The notes under the pieces are model-generated. The model worked only from the letters and a program-made list of their open reading frames with translations, made no database searches and was not told the DNA's origin. This document shows, in pieces, positions 9,312-17,803 of a stretch of 64,000 bases of DNA (positions within the stretch are counted from its first letter, which is position 1; each line of letters starts with the position of its first letter). The translations under genes were made by a program, and so were the position numbers. The stretch is from a virus. The DNA is taken from IMG/VR virus record IMGVR_UViG_3300013286_000501, positions 16,060-80,059 of that record, one strand, 5' to 3'.

Positions 9312-9559
9312 TGCAATAGTTTTCCAACATGTTCCACTGTGAGCTTATCATCTGGAACAATTTCGGCATTCCACATGATAGCCATAACCAATGCATCTTT
9401 GTTGCTGTCAAACGTAAAGTCCATATACATCTCGTTGGCATGGACAAAAAACTTGCCGCCAGGCAAACCAAATCGTTCAACGGCCCATGCACATACTTCG
9501 TTCCAATAGCCGCCCTTATCTGTTTCGATAGTCCAGGGTATTCTTACGGTTGAGCTCAT
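9308..9559 (-). CDS. Hypothetical protein
   Basis: 83-aa ORF with 4-nt stop/start overlaps on both sides. Confidence 0.65.
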   Translation of the reverse strand: MSSTVRIPWTIETDKGGYWNEVCAWAVERFGLPGGKFFVHANEMYMDFTFDSNKDALVMAIMWNAEIVPDDKLTVEHVGKLLQ

Positions 9560-10314
9560 TTTGTAATCTTTATATTTTTAACATCGGCACACATATTGAT
9601 ATTTTGATCTTTTTCTAAAAACACTTCATGTAAAAAATCAAATTGATATAACTCGTAATTGTTCAAGTCACCTTTAGGTACAATCTTTCTTATCATAGCT
9701 TGGTCAATGACAACATCATAATGTTGATAATCATAGGGTTTATTTTTCATGTGTGATTTTGTATCAACATACTGAACCGGTGCTGTATAGAAGTTTACAT
9801 ATGTATCGTTTTGTATTTGTGGAGGATAATCGTCATACCGATTATCAAAGAGTGCCCACAAGATTGCAGAATATTCATCTGTTATTTTGTTGCGAACGTA
9901 GATTCCTGCTGATAGTTGACCGATACCCGTGCCTGAAAAACTACCGACCTTTGCATCAAAACTTAATACGTAACGATCATTTGCCGGCAATAATAAATTG
10001 GCGCTAAATGCTGTAGCATTGCCGCCGCCTGTTATCGTTTGAAAATCACTGTAATTTTGTTTAATACAACTACTATAGGCATGTGGTTCCCAATGTATTT
10101 GGGCAAGGTTATTTTTAGCGGTGTATCTATCTGATGTTGTAAAATATCCAAGATAATGTGCATGGGCGTTCCAACGATATAGTTCATCACCATGTAATAC
10201 ATCTCCAGAATTACGAACCTGCAATTCTGGATTAACATCATACGGTATATTCAGTTCTGTATTACCTCCACACGAAATCAAAACAGTAGATAACAATGCC
10301 AACAATTTTTTCAT
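9556..10314 (-). CDS. Putative lipoprotein
   Basis: MKKLLALLSTVLISC lipobox-like N-terminus; 252 aa. Confidence 0.6.
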   Translation of the reverse strand: MKKLLALLSTVLISCGGNTELNIPYDVNPELQVRNSGDVLHGDELYRWNAHAHYLGYFTTSDRYTAKNNLAQIHWEPHAYSSCIKQNYSDFQTITGGGNATAFSANLLLPANDRYVLSFDAKVGSFSGTGIGQLSAGIYVRNKITDEYSAILWALFDNRYDDYPPQIQNDTYVNFYTAPVQYVDTKSHMKNKPYDYQHYDVVIDQAMIRKIVPKGDLNNYELYQFDFLHEVFLEKDQNINMCADVKNIKITK

Positions 10315-10323
10315 TTTGTTTCC

Positions 10324-10719
10324 TTAATATAAATGTGGTTCTACTGTGTGTTCATCTTTTAGAATCAGCATGACTTCTTCTTTGTTGGTATAGATCAACT
10401 GATTGTACTCCAAAATAATCCTACGCTGTGCTGGATCGATACCGCACCAGGCATTGATCTTGTCATAACTGCCATGTGCTTCTTCCGGCACAGTATCTCG
10501 GATCCAACCTACTAATGCTTTAAATGCTTCGATAGTATTGCAAGGATGGCTACGTGCTATTGCCTTGGCAAAGTCGTTGGCCAGTACTGCTTCAAAACAA
10601 CTGCCTGGCCTGAATCCCCACACTAGGTAGTTGTAGAAAGGATCGGCAAACTCCTTGGGCACATCCCAACGTTCAAATGTTTGCATCAGTTTGTTTTTAC
10701 TATATTTTGTCAAGTTCAT
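10324..10719 (-). CDS. Hypothetical protein
   Basis: 131 aa; its RBS and start are supplied by the junction repeat at 10716-10736. Confidence 0.7.
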   Translation of the reverse strand: MNLTKYSKNKLMQTFERWDVPKEFADPFYNYLVWGFRPGSCFEAVLANDFAKAIARSHPCNTIEAFKALVGWIRDTVPEEAHGSYDKINAWCGIDPAQRRIILEYNQLIYTNKEEVMLILKDEHTVEPHLY

Positions 10720-10952
10720 TCTTCAACTCCGAAATGTTTTGTAAATCTTTCTTGCCAATCTCGCAACCATTCAATATATTCTGTAGGTCGTTCGCCGGGC
10801 TCAAAACAATGATACGCATCGTCCTCTGCTTGTTCCATCAACCCACACATTTCTTTCACAATCAACTGGGCGAGGATTTCATCATAGATACTACGTGTTT
10901 CGCTACATTTACGGTCAGCCTCTGCCATTAGTTCTTTAATTCGTTCGTTCAT
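10716..10952 (-). CDS. MNERI...HFGVEE family protein, copy 1
   Basis: Conserved start, middle and end boxes. Confidence 0.75.
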   Translation of the reverse strand: MNERIKELMAEADRKCSETRSIYDEILAQLIVKEMCGLMEQAEDDAYHCFEPGERPTEYIEWLRDWQERFTKHFGVEE

Positions 10953-11065
10953 TCTTCAACTCCGAAATGTTTGTTAGGGCGTATGTTTAACATTACTCTA
11001 TTGATTTCATCAACAATATAAAATGCATCGGGTGTACCATATTGTTCAACGATTCCGACACATTC
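10947..11065. repeat. About 119-bp exact direct repeat (second copy about 11836-11954)
   Basis: The 3' halves of copies 2 and 4 are identical in sequence. Confidence 0.9.
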
Positions 11066-11197
11066 TCTCACAATCAACTCGGCGAACTTTCCCTTGTCGA
11101 ACTTATAGTGTTTAACAGTTTTGTGATTATATTGATCAAAAGTTTCGTAAGCAAGTTCCGTAGCCTCATCAGCAAGTTGTCGAATTCGTTCGTTCAT
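10949..11197 (-). CDS. MNERI...HFGVEE family protein, copy 2
   Basis: KFAELIVREC...HFGVEE. Confidence 0.75.
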   Translation of the reverse strand: MNERIRQLADEATELAYETFDQYNHKTVKHYKFDKGKFAELIVRECVGIVEQYGTPDAFYIVDEINRVMLNIRPNKHFGVEE

Positions 11198-11472
11198 AAT
11201 GTTTTACAATAGTCCTTAACTGCCTGGTCAATAACTCGGTTTATGTTGTCGAACAAGTCTTGAGCTTCTTGTGACAGTGCTTTTTCGTATCCACTTTCCC
11301 ATAGCAAGTGTCCCCACTCACGCCAGAACTGTACGGTACGGTACAATCCCTTGCGGGGAATCTTGCCAAACTCTCCGTAGCCGGAAAATTCACCATCATC
11401 GTCCCAGCCACGAAACTGTGGACACTCGCACATGGCCTCATAGCAAGCATCGTGTAATTCTTGTGCTGTCAT
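11194..11472 (-). CDS. Hypothetical protein inserted in the array
   Basis: 92 aa; starts in a junction repeat; unrelated to the paralogs. Confidence 0.65.
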   Translation of the reverse strand: MTAQELHDACYEAMCECPQFRGWDDDGEFSGYGEFGKIPRKGLYRTVQFWREWGHLLWESGYEKALSQEAQDLFDNINRVIDQAVKDYCKTL

Positions 11473-11735
11473 TCTTCAACTCCGAAATGCTCTTTAATCG
11501 TTCTAACACATCCATTAGCGGCACTACGCACATCATTCAATCGACCATCTTGGATAATAGCAGTAGCACATTCTCGCACAATCAACTCGGCGAACTTTTG
11601 ATTGAATTGTGTATGCCAACCCACGTGTCCATCTTCCCAAATCTTGCCCGGAGTTTTACTTCTAACAGGTCCGGTATATGTTTCATTCACATAGTCACCA
11701 GCCTGTTTACTAAGTTTTCTAATTTGTTCGTTCAT
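11469..11735 (-). CDS. MNEQI...HFGVEE family protein, copy 3
   Basis: Same three boxes. Confidence 0.75.
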   Translation of the reverse strand: MNEQIRKLSKQAGDYVNETYTGPVRSKTPGKIWEDGHVGWHTQFNQKFAELIVRECATAIIQDGRLNDVRSAANGCVRTIKEHFGVEE

Positions 11736-11841
11736 TCTTCAACTCCGAAATGTTTTTACATTTATGAAATGGCATAATGCGGCCAAGCCAGCCAATAAGT
11801 TCGCCACATGTTTGGCAACAATATGATGGATATTTGTTCAT
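11719..11841 (-). CDS. 40-aa Cys-containing ORF in the array
   Basis: MNKYPSYCCQTCGELIGWLGRIMPFHKCKNISELKNERTN; starts in one junction repeat and reads the next in a different frame. Confidence 0.5.
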   Translation of the reverse strand: MNKYPSYCCQTCGELIGWLGRIMPFHKCKNISELKNERTN

Positions 11842-12080
11842 TCTTCAACTCCGAAATGTTTGTTAGGGCGTATGTTTAACATTACTCTATTGATTTCATC
11901 AACAATATAAAATGCATCGGGTGTACCATATTGTTCAACGATTCCGACACATTCCTGAACAATCAACTCGGCGAACTTTTCTCTATCAAATTTAGCATAG
12001 GAACTTGAATAACCTTGTGAATTAACCGTATCTACAATGGTAGTAGCCTGTTCAGCAAGTTCTCGAATTTGTTCGTTCAT
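11838..12080 (-). CDS. MNEQI...HFGVEE family protein, copy 4
   Basis: Same three boxes. Confidence 0.75.
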   Translation of the reverse strand: MNEQIRELAEQATTIVDTVNSQGYSSSYAKFDREKFAELIVQECVGIVEQYGTPDAFYIVDEINRVMLNIRPNKHFGVEE

Positions 12081-12083
12081 ATG

Positions 12084-12908
12084 TCATACCTCAAAGTAAA
12101 AGCCAGGAATAAATTGATCACCTTCCCAAGGAAGGTATCCCCTAGGATTACTAATGATCCGTGTAGAGCCAATCATAAAATTTACCGGGTCATGCATGTG
12201 CCCGTGGCACCACACCTTGATGTTTTCGTTGTCAAGGATGAACTCACTCATGTCACTGGCATAGGCACCATTGCTGGTAGTTTCATGTTTATACTTTTCA
12301 TTTATACTCATGTAGCTGGGAGCCATATGTGTAATAACCACAAAAGGTTTATCTCTGTTCATTTCCAACACAGCCTTAAAATACTGTTTGGTCTTACGAT
12401 GAATAGCCACTGTATGTTCCGGTGTCAATTTATGATAGAGACTTTTAGCAGGATAGAAGTTTTGAATAACCTGGTAGTCATTCATAAAACTTCTCATAGA
12501 ATGAACAGTGATAGGATCACCCTTGTTCATATCGGTCCATAATGTAGCACCCATGAACATAACACCTTCATACTCTACTACCTCATCTTCCAGAATGGTC
12601 ACGTTGGGGGGCATCAAGGATTTTAAATCATTATAAGTTTTATCCAATCTATGATGATAGAATTCGTGATTTCCCAGCACATAGAACACTTTCTTATATT
12701 TGGCACATTCGTGATAAAAGAAATCATAGGCATTCAATCCACCGGGAGTATAGGGAATTACTCGAGTGCTATGAAAGTCCTTTTTGAGAGTTCGGTATTC
12801 ACAGATATCTCCGGCCAATATCAATAGATCTCCCCCAGGAAGTGATTGGTATCCAAACTCAAGGTGAAGATCGGAAACAAGAGATATGTTAAGTTTAGTG
12901 TGCGTCAT
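12084..12908 (-). CDS. Calcineurin-like metallophosphoesterase
   Basis: SDLH, LAGD, GNHE, THMAP, HGHMH, NPRGY motifs. Confidence 0.9.
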   Translation of the reverse strand: MTHTKLNISLVSDLHLEFGYQSLPGGDLLILAGDICEYRTLKKDFHSTRVIPYTPGGLNAYDFFYHECAKYKKVFYVLGNHEFYHHRLDKTYNDLKSLMPPNVTILEDEVVEYEGVMFMGATLWTDMNKGDPITVHSMRSFMNDYQVIQNFYPAKSLYHKLTPEHTVAIHRKTKQYFKAVLEMNRDKPFVVITHMAPSYMSINEKYKHETTSNGAYASDMSEFILDNENIKVWCHGHMHDPVNFMIGSTRIISNPRGYLPWEGDQFIPGFYFEV

Positions 12909-12914
12909 GTTAAT

Positions 12915-12943
12915 ATTATACAGGAAAACCACAAAAAAGTCAA
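12915..12943 (-). promoter_or_regulatory. sigma70-like promoter driving the phosphoesterase and cassette array
   Basis: TTGACT-17-TATAAT. Confidence 0.7.
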
Positions 12944-12982
12944 GTCTGATTTTACCAAGTTAAATAGTAAAAAGGATCTATT

Positions 12983-13402
12983 ATGGACAGAATTAAGCGT
13001 GGTATTTGGTTTGCATTAGGGATGATCTGCTTGGGCATTGCCTATATTGGAGTAGTAACACCCGGAATTCCGTGGTCAACTCCCACAGTCGGTGCTGCCT
13101 ACTGCTTTGCCAAAAGCAATAAGAAGTGGCACGATTGGATTATGAACCATAAACTGTTTGGACCCTTCCTCCGCAATTGGAGTGAGAAGCGTGTATTCCC
13201 CACATATGGTAAGTGGGCCATGGTCATCACTATGGATGTTAGTTTGATCATATTGTGGTTTACTACCTACAACTGGAAGTTGGTAGCAGGTGTTGGCCTA
13301 GGAATGGCACTCTGCGCTGTATGGGCATTACGTTATCCTAGCAGCCCAGAAGAGTATGACCAAAGAAAAGCCAATGGTCTACGCATTGGCTGGTTCAAAT
13401 AA
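12983..13402 (+). CDS. YbaN/DUF454 inner membrane protein
   Basis: GIAYIGVVTPGIPWSTP...AYCFAKS...WIMNHKLFGPFLRNW. Confidence 0.85.
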   Translation: MDRIKRGIWFALGMICLGIAYIGVVTPGIPWSTPTVGAAYCFAKSNKKWHDWIMNHKLFGPFLRNWSEKRVFPTYGKWAMVITMDVSLIILWFTTYNWKLVAGVGLGMALCAVWALRYPSSPEEYDQRKANGLRIGWFK

Positions 13403-13422
13403 AATAGGACCCGAAGGTCCTA
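13401..13422 (-). terminator. Intrinsic terminator between convergent genes
   Basis: TAGGACC-TTCG-GGTCCTA followed by TTTT on the minus strand. Confidence 0.8.
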
Positions 13423-13503
13423 CCACTGGTTACGAGAATCCAGCGACACTCTATCTTGTGCCCGATTTAAATATGCTTCCAAAAAAACTTCGGAAGCTGG
13501 AAA

Positions 13504-14157
13504 TTACTTCCCCAATAGCGTATCAACCTTTGCTTCGGCAACATCTAAACGTGCTTCGATAGTATCCAATTCTGGATCAGCTGGAGTTGCAATTGCTTCG
13601 GCAATTTCAGCGTGTACTTCGGGAGCAACTTCTTCACCTGTTGCGGCAGCAATAACTTCAGCAACTGCGCCTGCAACTTCTTCTGCAACTTCTGGAGCTG
13701 GGGCTGGCATGTCAGCAACTGCTTCCATGATAGCGGCTGTGATTGCTACTGGATCTGTAACAACTTCTGGCTCTGCTGCAACAACTGCTTGAACTGCGGC
13801 TGAAACGATATCAGCAACTTCAGTATTCATAACTGGGTCTGCTTCTGCTTGTGCTGTAACAACGTCAGCAACAATGTCAGCAGCTTCTGCGTGGTCAGCA
13901 CTAGGAGATAGTGCAACTACTTCTGCAACTGCGGCTTGGATGCTCTCAACAGCTTGTGCTGCTGCGGCAACAATAGCATCAACGTGTTCTTGAGTTTTCA
14001 CAGAGATCAATTGATCAACTGTAATTTCAACAAGTGTTAATCTTGCGTCTAGTTCAGCAATGCTTGTGGCATTGTCTGTATTAACTGTTGTGCCAGTTAG
14101 GTTTGCTAACTTGGCTTCTACGGCTACTAATCTTGCGGCTAGGTCTTCAAATCTCAT
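13504..14157 (-). CDS. Acidic Ala/Val/Glu-rich helical protein
   Basis: 217 aa, low complexity with heptad-like ends; GGAG RBS; TAAATA upstream. Confidence 0.75.
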   Translation of the reverse strand: MRFEDLAARLVAVEAKLANLTGTTVNTDNATSIAELDARLTLVEITVDQLISVKTQEHVDAIVAAAAQAVESIQAAVAEVVALSPSADHAEAADIVADVVTAQAEADPVMNTEVADIVSAAVQAVVAAEPEVVTDPVAITAAIMEAVADMPAPAPEVAEEVAGAVAEVIAAATGEEVAPEVHAEIAEAIATPADPELDTIEARLDVAEAKVDTLLGK

Positions 14158-14238
14158 GGGTTGCTCCTTGTTTTATGAGTGTGTGCCACTTCGGCACGCA
14201 ATTATTTAACCATGTACATATTACATTGAGATTACAAT

Positions 14239-15246
14239 TTAATGTTTTTCAACCAAATTGTCACGAAATATTTCCCAGGCTCGTTGCCAACTCCAACGCT
14301 GACTTACTCTATGCACATCAGCTCTATCAATTTTCAAACATTTGTCAACAGCTACAGCTAGGCCTTCGCGATCTTCAACCATAAATCCAGTAACGCCTTG
14401 ATCAATAACATCTTTGGGGCCTTGGCAGTTGTATGCCGCCACAGGTGTGCCGCAGGCCATTGCTTCAATCATGACTATACCAAATGTTTCCCACTTGCTG
14501 GGAAATACAAATACTTCAGCATTGGCATAGTATCGTGCTAGATCTACGCCGGTCTTGAATCCTGTGAATGTAACATCTGGATATTTCTTTCGATAGATTT
14601 CTAGCATCGGTCCATCACCTACCATAATCTTTTGGTATCCAGGGTAGTCTAATTCCAGGAATGCTTCTAAATTCTTTTCCTTACTAACACGGCTAACACA
14701 TAACAGATACTTACTAGGTAAATTTTCTCTTAACTCCGGTTTAAAAACATTACGATCAACACCACGTGTCCAAGGAATAACTTCACCCTTAAATCCGTGT
14801 GCTTGTAATTCTTTGACCATACTATCAGTAGTGGTCAACACCTTGCCACTATGCTTGTGAAACCAGCGCACAAAATGCCAGGTAAGAGTTTCGGGAATAC
14901 CAAATAACAATTTTAACCCTTCAGGAAAGCGAGTATGATAAGCGGTATTGTGCCTAATACCAGCCAATGACAAATACTTTCTAGCCCAACAACCAAGAGG
15001 ACCTTCTGTCGCGATGTGTATATAATCCGGAGAAATCTCCTCGATCTTCTTGCCCATGTTGCGCGGCCAGGCAAGTTTGACTTCGTTATATTTAGGGCAA
15101 TCAATGTAGCCGAACCACCCGGGATGCAGCACCACAAACTTATAACCATCCAGAATCGCACATGCCTCAATATTCGTGTAGGTCGTGACCACGCCATTTA
15201 TTTGCTCCGGTAAATTATCTGTTATTATCAGTATAGTTTTTGACAC
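14239..15246 (-). CDS. GT4 glycosyltransferase (Agt-like glycolipid synthase)
   Basis: TDNLPEQINGV, IHIATEGPLG, TAYHTRFPE, RVSKEKN, ETFGIVMIEAMACGTPV. Confidence 0.88.
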   Translation of the reverse strand: MSKTILIITDNLPEQINGVVTTYTNIEACAILDGYKFVVLHPGWFGYIDCPKYNEVKLAWPRNMGKKIEEISPDYIHIATEGPLGCWARKYLSLAGIRHNTAYHTRFPEGLKLLFGIPETLTWHFVRWFHKHSGKVLTTTDSMVKELQAHGFKGEVIPWTRGVDRNVFKPELRENLPSKYLLCVSRVSKEKNLEAFLELDYPGYQKIMVGDGPMLEIYRKKYPDVTFTGFKTGVDLARYYANAEVFVFPSKWETFGIVMIEAMACGTPVAAYNCQGPKDVIDQGVTGFMVEDREGLAVAVDKCLKIDRADVHRVSQRWSWQRAWEIFRDNLVEKH

Positions 15247-15401
15247 TTGCCGTCTACCTTAAAACTCTTAAACTTTAGATTCCACTTCATTGTGCTCAAT
15301 ACTTGTTCGCAAGTTTTTTGATCCTCGAACTTTAGTTCTATCCTGCCTGGTTGATCCTGCGGATCCGTCAGGTGTACTGCTATTAATATCATCAGCCACA
15401 T
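15228..15401 (-). CDS. Hidden 57-aa ORF overlapping the phosphoesterase tail
   Basis: AAGGAG RBS; MWLMILIAVHLTDPQDQPGRIELKFEDQKTCEQVLSTMKWNLKFKSFKVDGKCQKLY. Confidence 0.6.
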   Translation of the reverse strand: MWLMILIAVHLTDPQDQPGRIELKFEDQKTCEQVLSTMKWNLKFKSFKVDGKCQKLY

Positions 15402-16155
15402 CGTCTTTCTCCTTGGTCCAAGTTATGATTTCCCAATGACCATCCCAGTGTTCGACTAGGGCAGTGCATGACTCAACCCAGTCACCGTCATTCATATAAA
15501 TGATGCCATCTATATCTTTTATTTCAGCATGGTGTATATGTCCACATATCACACCATCGAATCCACGCTTCTTGCAATAGGCTGCTAGATTATGTTCAAA
15601 CTTGAACATAAAATCTACTGCCTTCTTTACTCTGTGCTTAAGATATTTGCTAATACTAAAGTACCCAAAACCAAAACGATGGCGTATCCAATTGAACTTA
15701 CTATTGAGCGAAAGAATGACATCATATGCTTTATCTCCTAAAAATGCTAGCCATGGCGCTAGTCTTGTAATGCCGTCAAATAGATCACCGTGGACTACGA
15801 GGTAGTGCTTACCGTCAGCACCTATATGTTCTATTTGATTATGTATTTCTACTAGACCAAAACTGAAACCGTATGTAATTAATGGACGAAGAAATTCGTC
15901 ATGATTTCCTGCAACATATATAACACGGGTACCACGCTTACTGTGCCCAAGGACACGCCTAACAACATTAGTATGGCTTTGTTTCCATCTCCATTTGTTT
16001 TGTTGGATTCGCCACGCATCAATAATGTCTCCTACTAAGTAGAGGGTATCACAAGTATTGTGTTTAAGAAAATTGTTTAACTTTTCCGCTTGGCTATCTT
16101 TGGTTCCGAGATGAATGTCAGAAATGAAAATGCTACGATAAGTTTTGGTTTTCAT
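15268..16155 (-). CDS. PlcP/LpxH-like metallophosphoesterase (phospholipase C-like)
   Basis: YRSIFISDIHLGT, YLVGDIID, GNHDEFLR, HGDLFD, CGHIH, YMNDGDWVESCTALVE; adjacent to a GT4 gene. Confidence 0.85.
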   Translation of the reverse strand: MKTKTYRSIFISDIHLGTKDSQAEKLNNFLKHNTCDTLYLVGDIIDAWRIQQNKWRWKQSHTNVVRRVLGHSKRGTRVIYVAGNHDEFLRPLITYGFSFGLVEIHNQIEHIGADGKHYLVVHGDLFDGITRLAPWLAFLGDKAYDVILSLNSKFNWIRHRFGFGYFSISKYLKHRVKKAVDFMFKFEHNLAAYCKKRGFDGVICGHIHHAEIKDIDGIIYMNDGDWVESCTALVEHWDGHWEIITWTKEKDDVADDINSSTPDGSAGSTRQDRTKVRGSKNLRTSIEHNEVESKV

Positions 16156-16198
16156 ACCGTATTTATCGTAGCAATGTGTGTAAAATATTACAGTTGTA

Positions 16199-16357
16199 TT
16201 ACACCTGCACTATTGTCCATTTAGTTGTAAATGGTTTACCTTCGGCCTTGTGTTTCAAGATCTTGGCGAATTCCTTCTTGCGAAGTTCAAACTGTTTCTC
16301 GGCATTGTGGTCGAAGCAAGCCTTATACACTTTTCTAACTAATTTAGATTGTTTCAT
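16199..16357 (-). CDS. Small basic hypothetical protein (52 aa)
   Basis: AGGAGG RBS; MKQSKLVRKVYKACFDHNAEKQFELRKKEF... Confidence 0.6.
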   Translation of the reverse strand: MKQSKLVRKVYKACFDHNAEKQFELRKKEFAKILKHKAEGKPFTTKWTIVQV

Positions 16358-16402
16358 AGATTGTCCCTCCTTGAAAACTATTTATACTGTTTTGTCAAAC
16401 AA

Positions 16403-16804
16403 TTAAAATCTTTCAGCAAGACTCTTGTATCCAGCCCAGCTTGGGTGAATCTTGTCTGCCTGCCAGCGTGTTGTGATTAATACTGTGTCCCCAAAATGTT
16501 CTGCAACTTTACGGACATGCTGCACTGCTTCGAACTTACTTTCACGATTTGGCTCGATCCAGAACACTTTAGTATCCCCTTTAATTTTCGTGCGAATGTT
16601 TATTAACATACCATAGGTATCGGCTTTTTCCCAATCGTTGGTACTTAAACTAATGATAACAGTTTTGGCAGTTAAATCTTTATTACCAAACTTCGTGTTC
16701 CATCTGTGGCTAGTAATCCCACCCTGTGCGTAGGCTACACAATCAGGTCGGAACTGGTGTGTGCCCACTGCAATGCTATCTCCTAAAATTAGGCACTCCA
16801 GCAT
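16403..16804 (-). CDS. SGNH/GDSL hydrolase
   Basis: ILGDS, SLSTND, DKIHPSWAGY motifs. Confidence 0.8.
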   Translation of the reverse strand: MLECLILGDSIAVGTHQFRPDCVAYAQGGITSHRWNTKFGNKDLTAKTVIISLSTNDWEKADTYGMLINIRTKIKGDTKVFWIEPNRESKFEAVQHVRKVAEHFGDTVLITTRWQADKIHPSWAGYKSLAERF

Positions 16805-16932
16805 TAGATGGTCTCGTAGTCTTCTTTGCCTACACCGCATTCTGGGCACAGGAAATCATCGGGCAAAGAATCCCATGCGCCTTCTAGTTCTTCACTGTGG
16901 ACATGGCCACAAACAATACAAACGTGTTCCAT
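16804..16932 (-). CDS. Rubredoxin (42 aa, missed by ORF track)
   Basis: MEHVCIVCGHVH...WDSLPDDFLCPECGVGKEDY; two CxxC motifs. Confidence 0.9.
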   Translation of the reverse strand: MEHVCIVCGHVHSEELEGAWDSLPDDFLCPECGVGKEDYETI

Positions 16933-17381
16933 TATAGTGACTCCTTAACTTGTTGATACGCTTCTGCGTGACGCTGTTCTACTCGCTTCAATGCGGCAAA
17001 ACGCTTTTCAGCTTTGGCTAGAACTGCGGCAAACTGATAAGCGTGTTCTTTACTTTCTTCAATTTGTGCTTTAGCTTCTGCTACGGCATTATCGTGGCCT
17101 TCGGCATTGGCGGCTGCTGCGAACTCTGGATACATTGTAGTGAACTCATATGTTTCACCTTCGATAGCCATTTCCAAACACTGCTTAACATCCGGCTTGC
17201 CGATCAGCAATTCCAAATGACCCCAAGCGTGTAGCAGTTCTTGGTCTGCGGTATGTTCGAAATGTTGGGCAACTTCTTCAAAACCTTGCGCTCTTGCCAT
17301 CTTGGCAAAGTAGCGGTACTTGGTATGGGCCTGACTTTCACCTGCGAAAGCGGCCTCTAAATTTTTAATTGTAACAGACAT
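16932..17381 (-). CDS. Rubrerythrin (short, no fused rubredoxin)
   Basis: NLEAAFAGESQA, QELLHA, GETYEFTTMYPEF, ESKEHA. Confidence 0.92.
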   Translation of the reverse strand: MSVTIKNLEAAFAGESQAHTKYRYFAKMARAQGFEEVAQHFEHTADQELLHAWGHLELLIGKPDVKQCLEMAIEGETYEFTTMYPEFAAAANAEGHDNAVAEAKAQIEESKEHAYQFAAVLAKAEKRFAALKRVEQRHAEAYQQVKESL

Positions 17382-17626
17382 CAGAACTCCTTTAATTTTT
17401 TTATGTCTTTGTGCTTAACAATTATAAGATTGTGTATAGCACCTTTATACTTAATCGGAAGATCTAAATGAATAGAAATTCTTGGACCTTCAATATCGTT
17501 TATCTTTGTATCATTACCGACAGTACCAACAAATGGAATTTTATTCCAGTGTCCAAATACTCGTTCACCTATCCAGTATTTAGGTTGGTATCCAATTTTG
17601 TTAAAGTAATCAGTTTGATTTCCCAT
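17381..17626 (-). CDS. Hypothetical protein
   Basis: 81-aa ORF in operon. Confidence 0.6.
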   Translation of the reverse strand: MGNQTDYFNKIGYQPKYWIGERVFGHWNKIPFVGTVGNDTKINDIEGPRISIHLDLPIKYKGAIHNLIIVKHKDIKKLKEF

Positions 17627-17644
17627 ACACTTCTCAACATTTGT

Positions 17645-17803
17645 TTATACAAATATACCAACTAAAATTACAATAAATCCTATGGCCAGTATAAGGCTTA
17701 AAAAGTTAATAAACCAAAGTTGCAAGATGCCGTGCTCCGATGTACACCAAGGACAGCGTGTACTAAATGCAGGAGTAGACTTCGTGCATCTTGGGCAAAT
17801 CAT
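17645..17803 (-). CDS. Small zinc-ribbon plus TM protein (52 aa)
   Basis: MICPRC...RCPWC followed by a hydrophobic helix; ATGA overlap. Confidence 0.55.
   Translation of the reverse strand: MICPRCTKSTPAFSTRCPWCTSEHGILQLWFINFLSLILAIGFIVILVGIFV

Larger units (their letters stand above)
10716..11858 (-). repeat. Five exact copies of the 21-bp gene-junction repeat CATTTCGGAGTTGAAGAATGA
   Basis: Copies at 10716-10736, 10949-10969, 11469-11489, 11732-11752 and 11838-11858. Confidence 0.95.

Noticed and set aside
10716-11858. CRISPR array
   Set aside because: Repeat periods are irregular (233, 520, 263, 106 bp), the intervals are ORFs, and there is no cas operon.
10947-11954. Diversity-generating retroelement TR/VR pair
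   Set aside because: The copies are identical with no adenine-specific mismatches, and no reverse transcriptase is in the window.
13504-13515. Canonical -1 frameshift site
   Set aside because: G GGG AAG does not fit X XXY YYZ; kept only as the weak readthrough finding.
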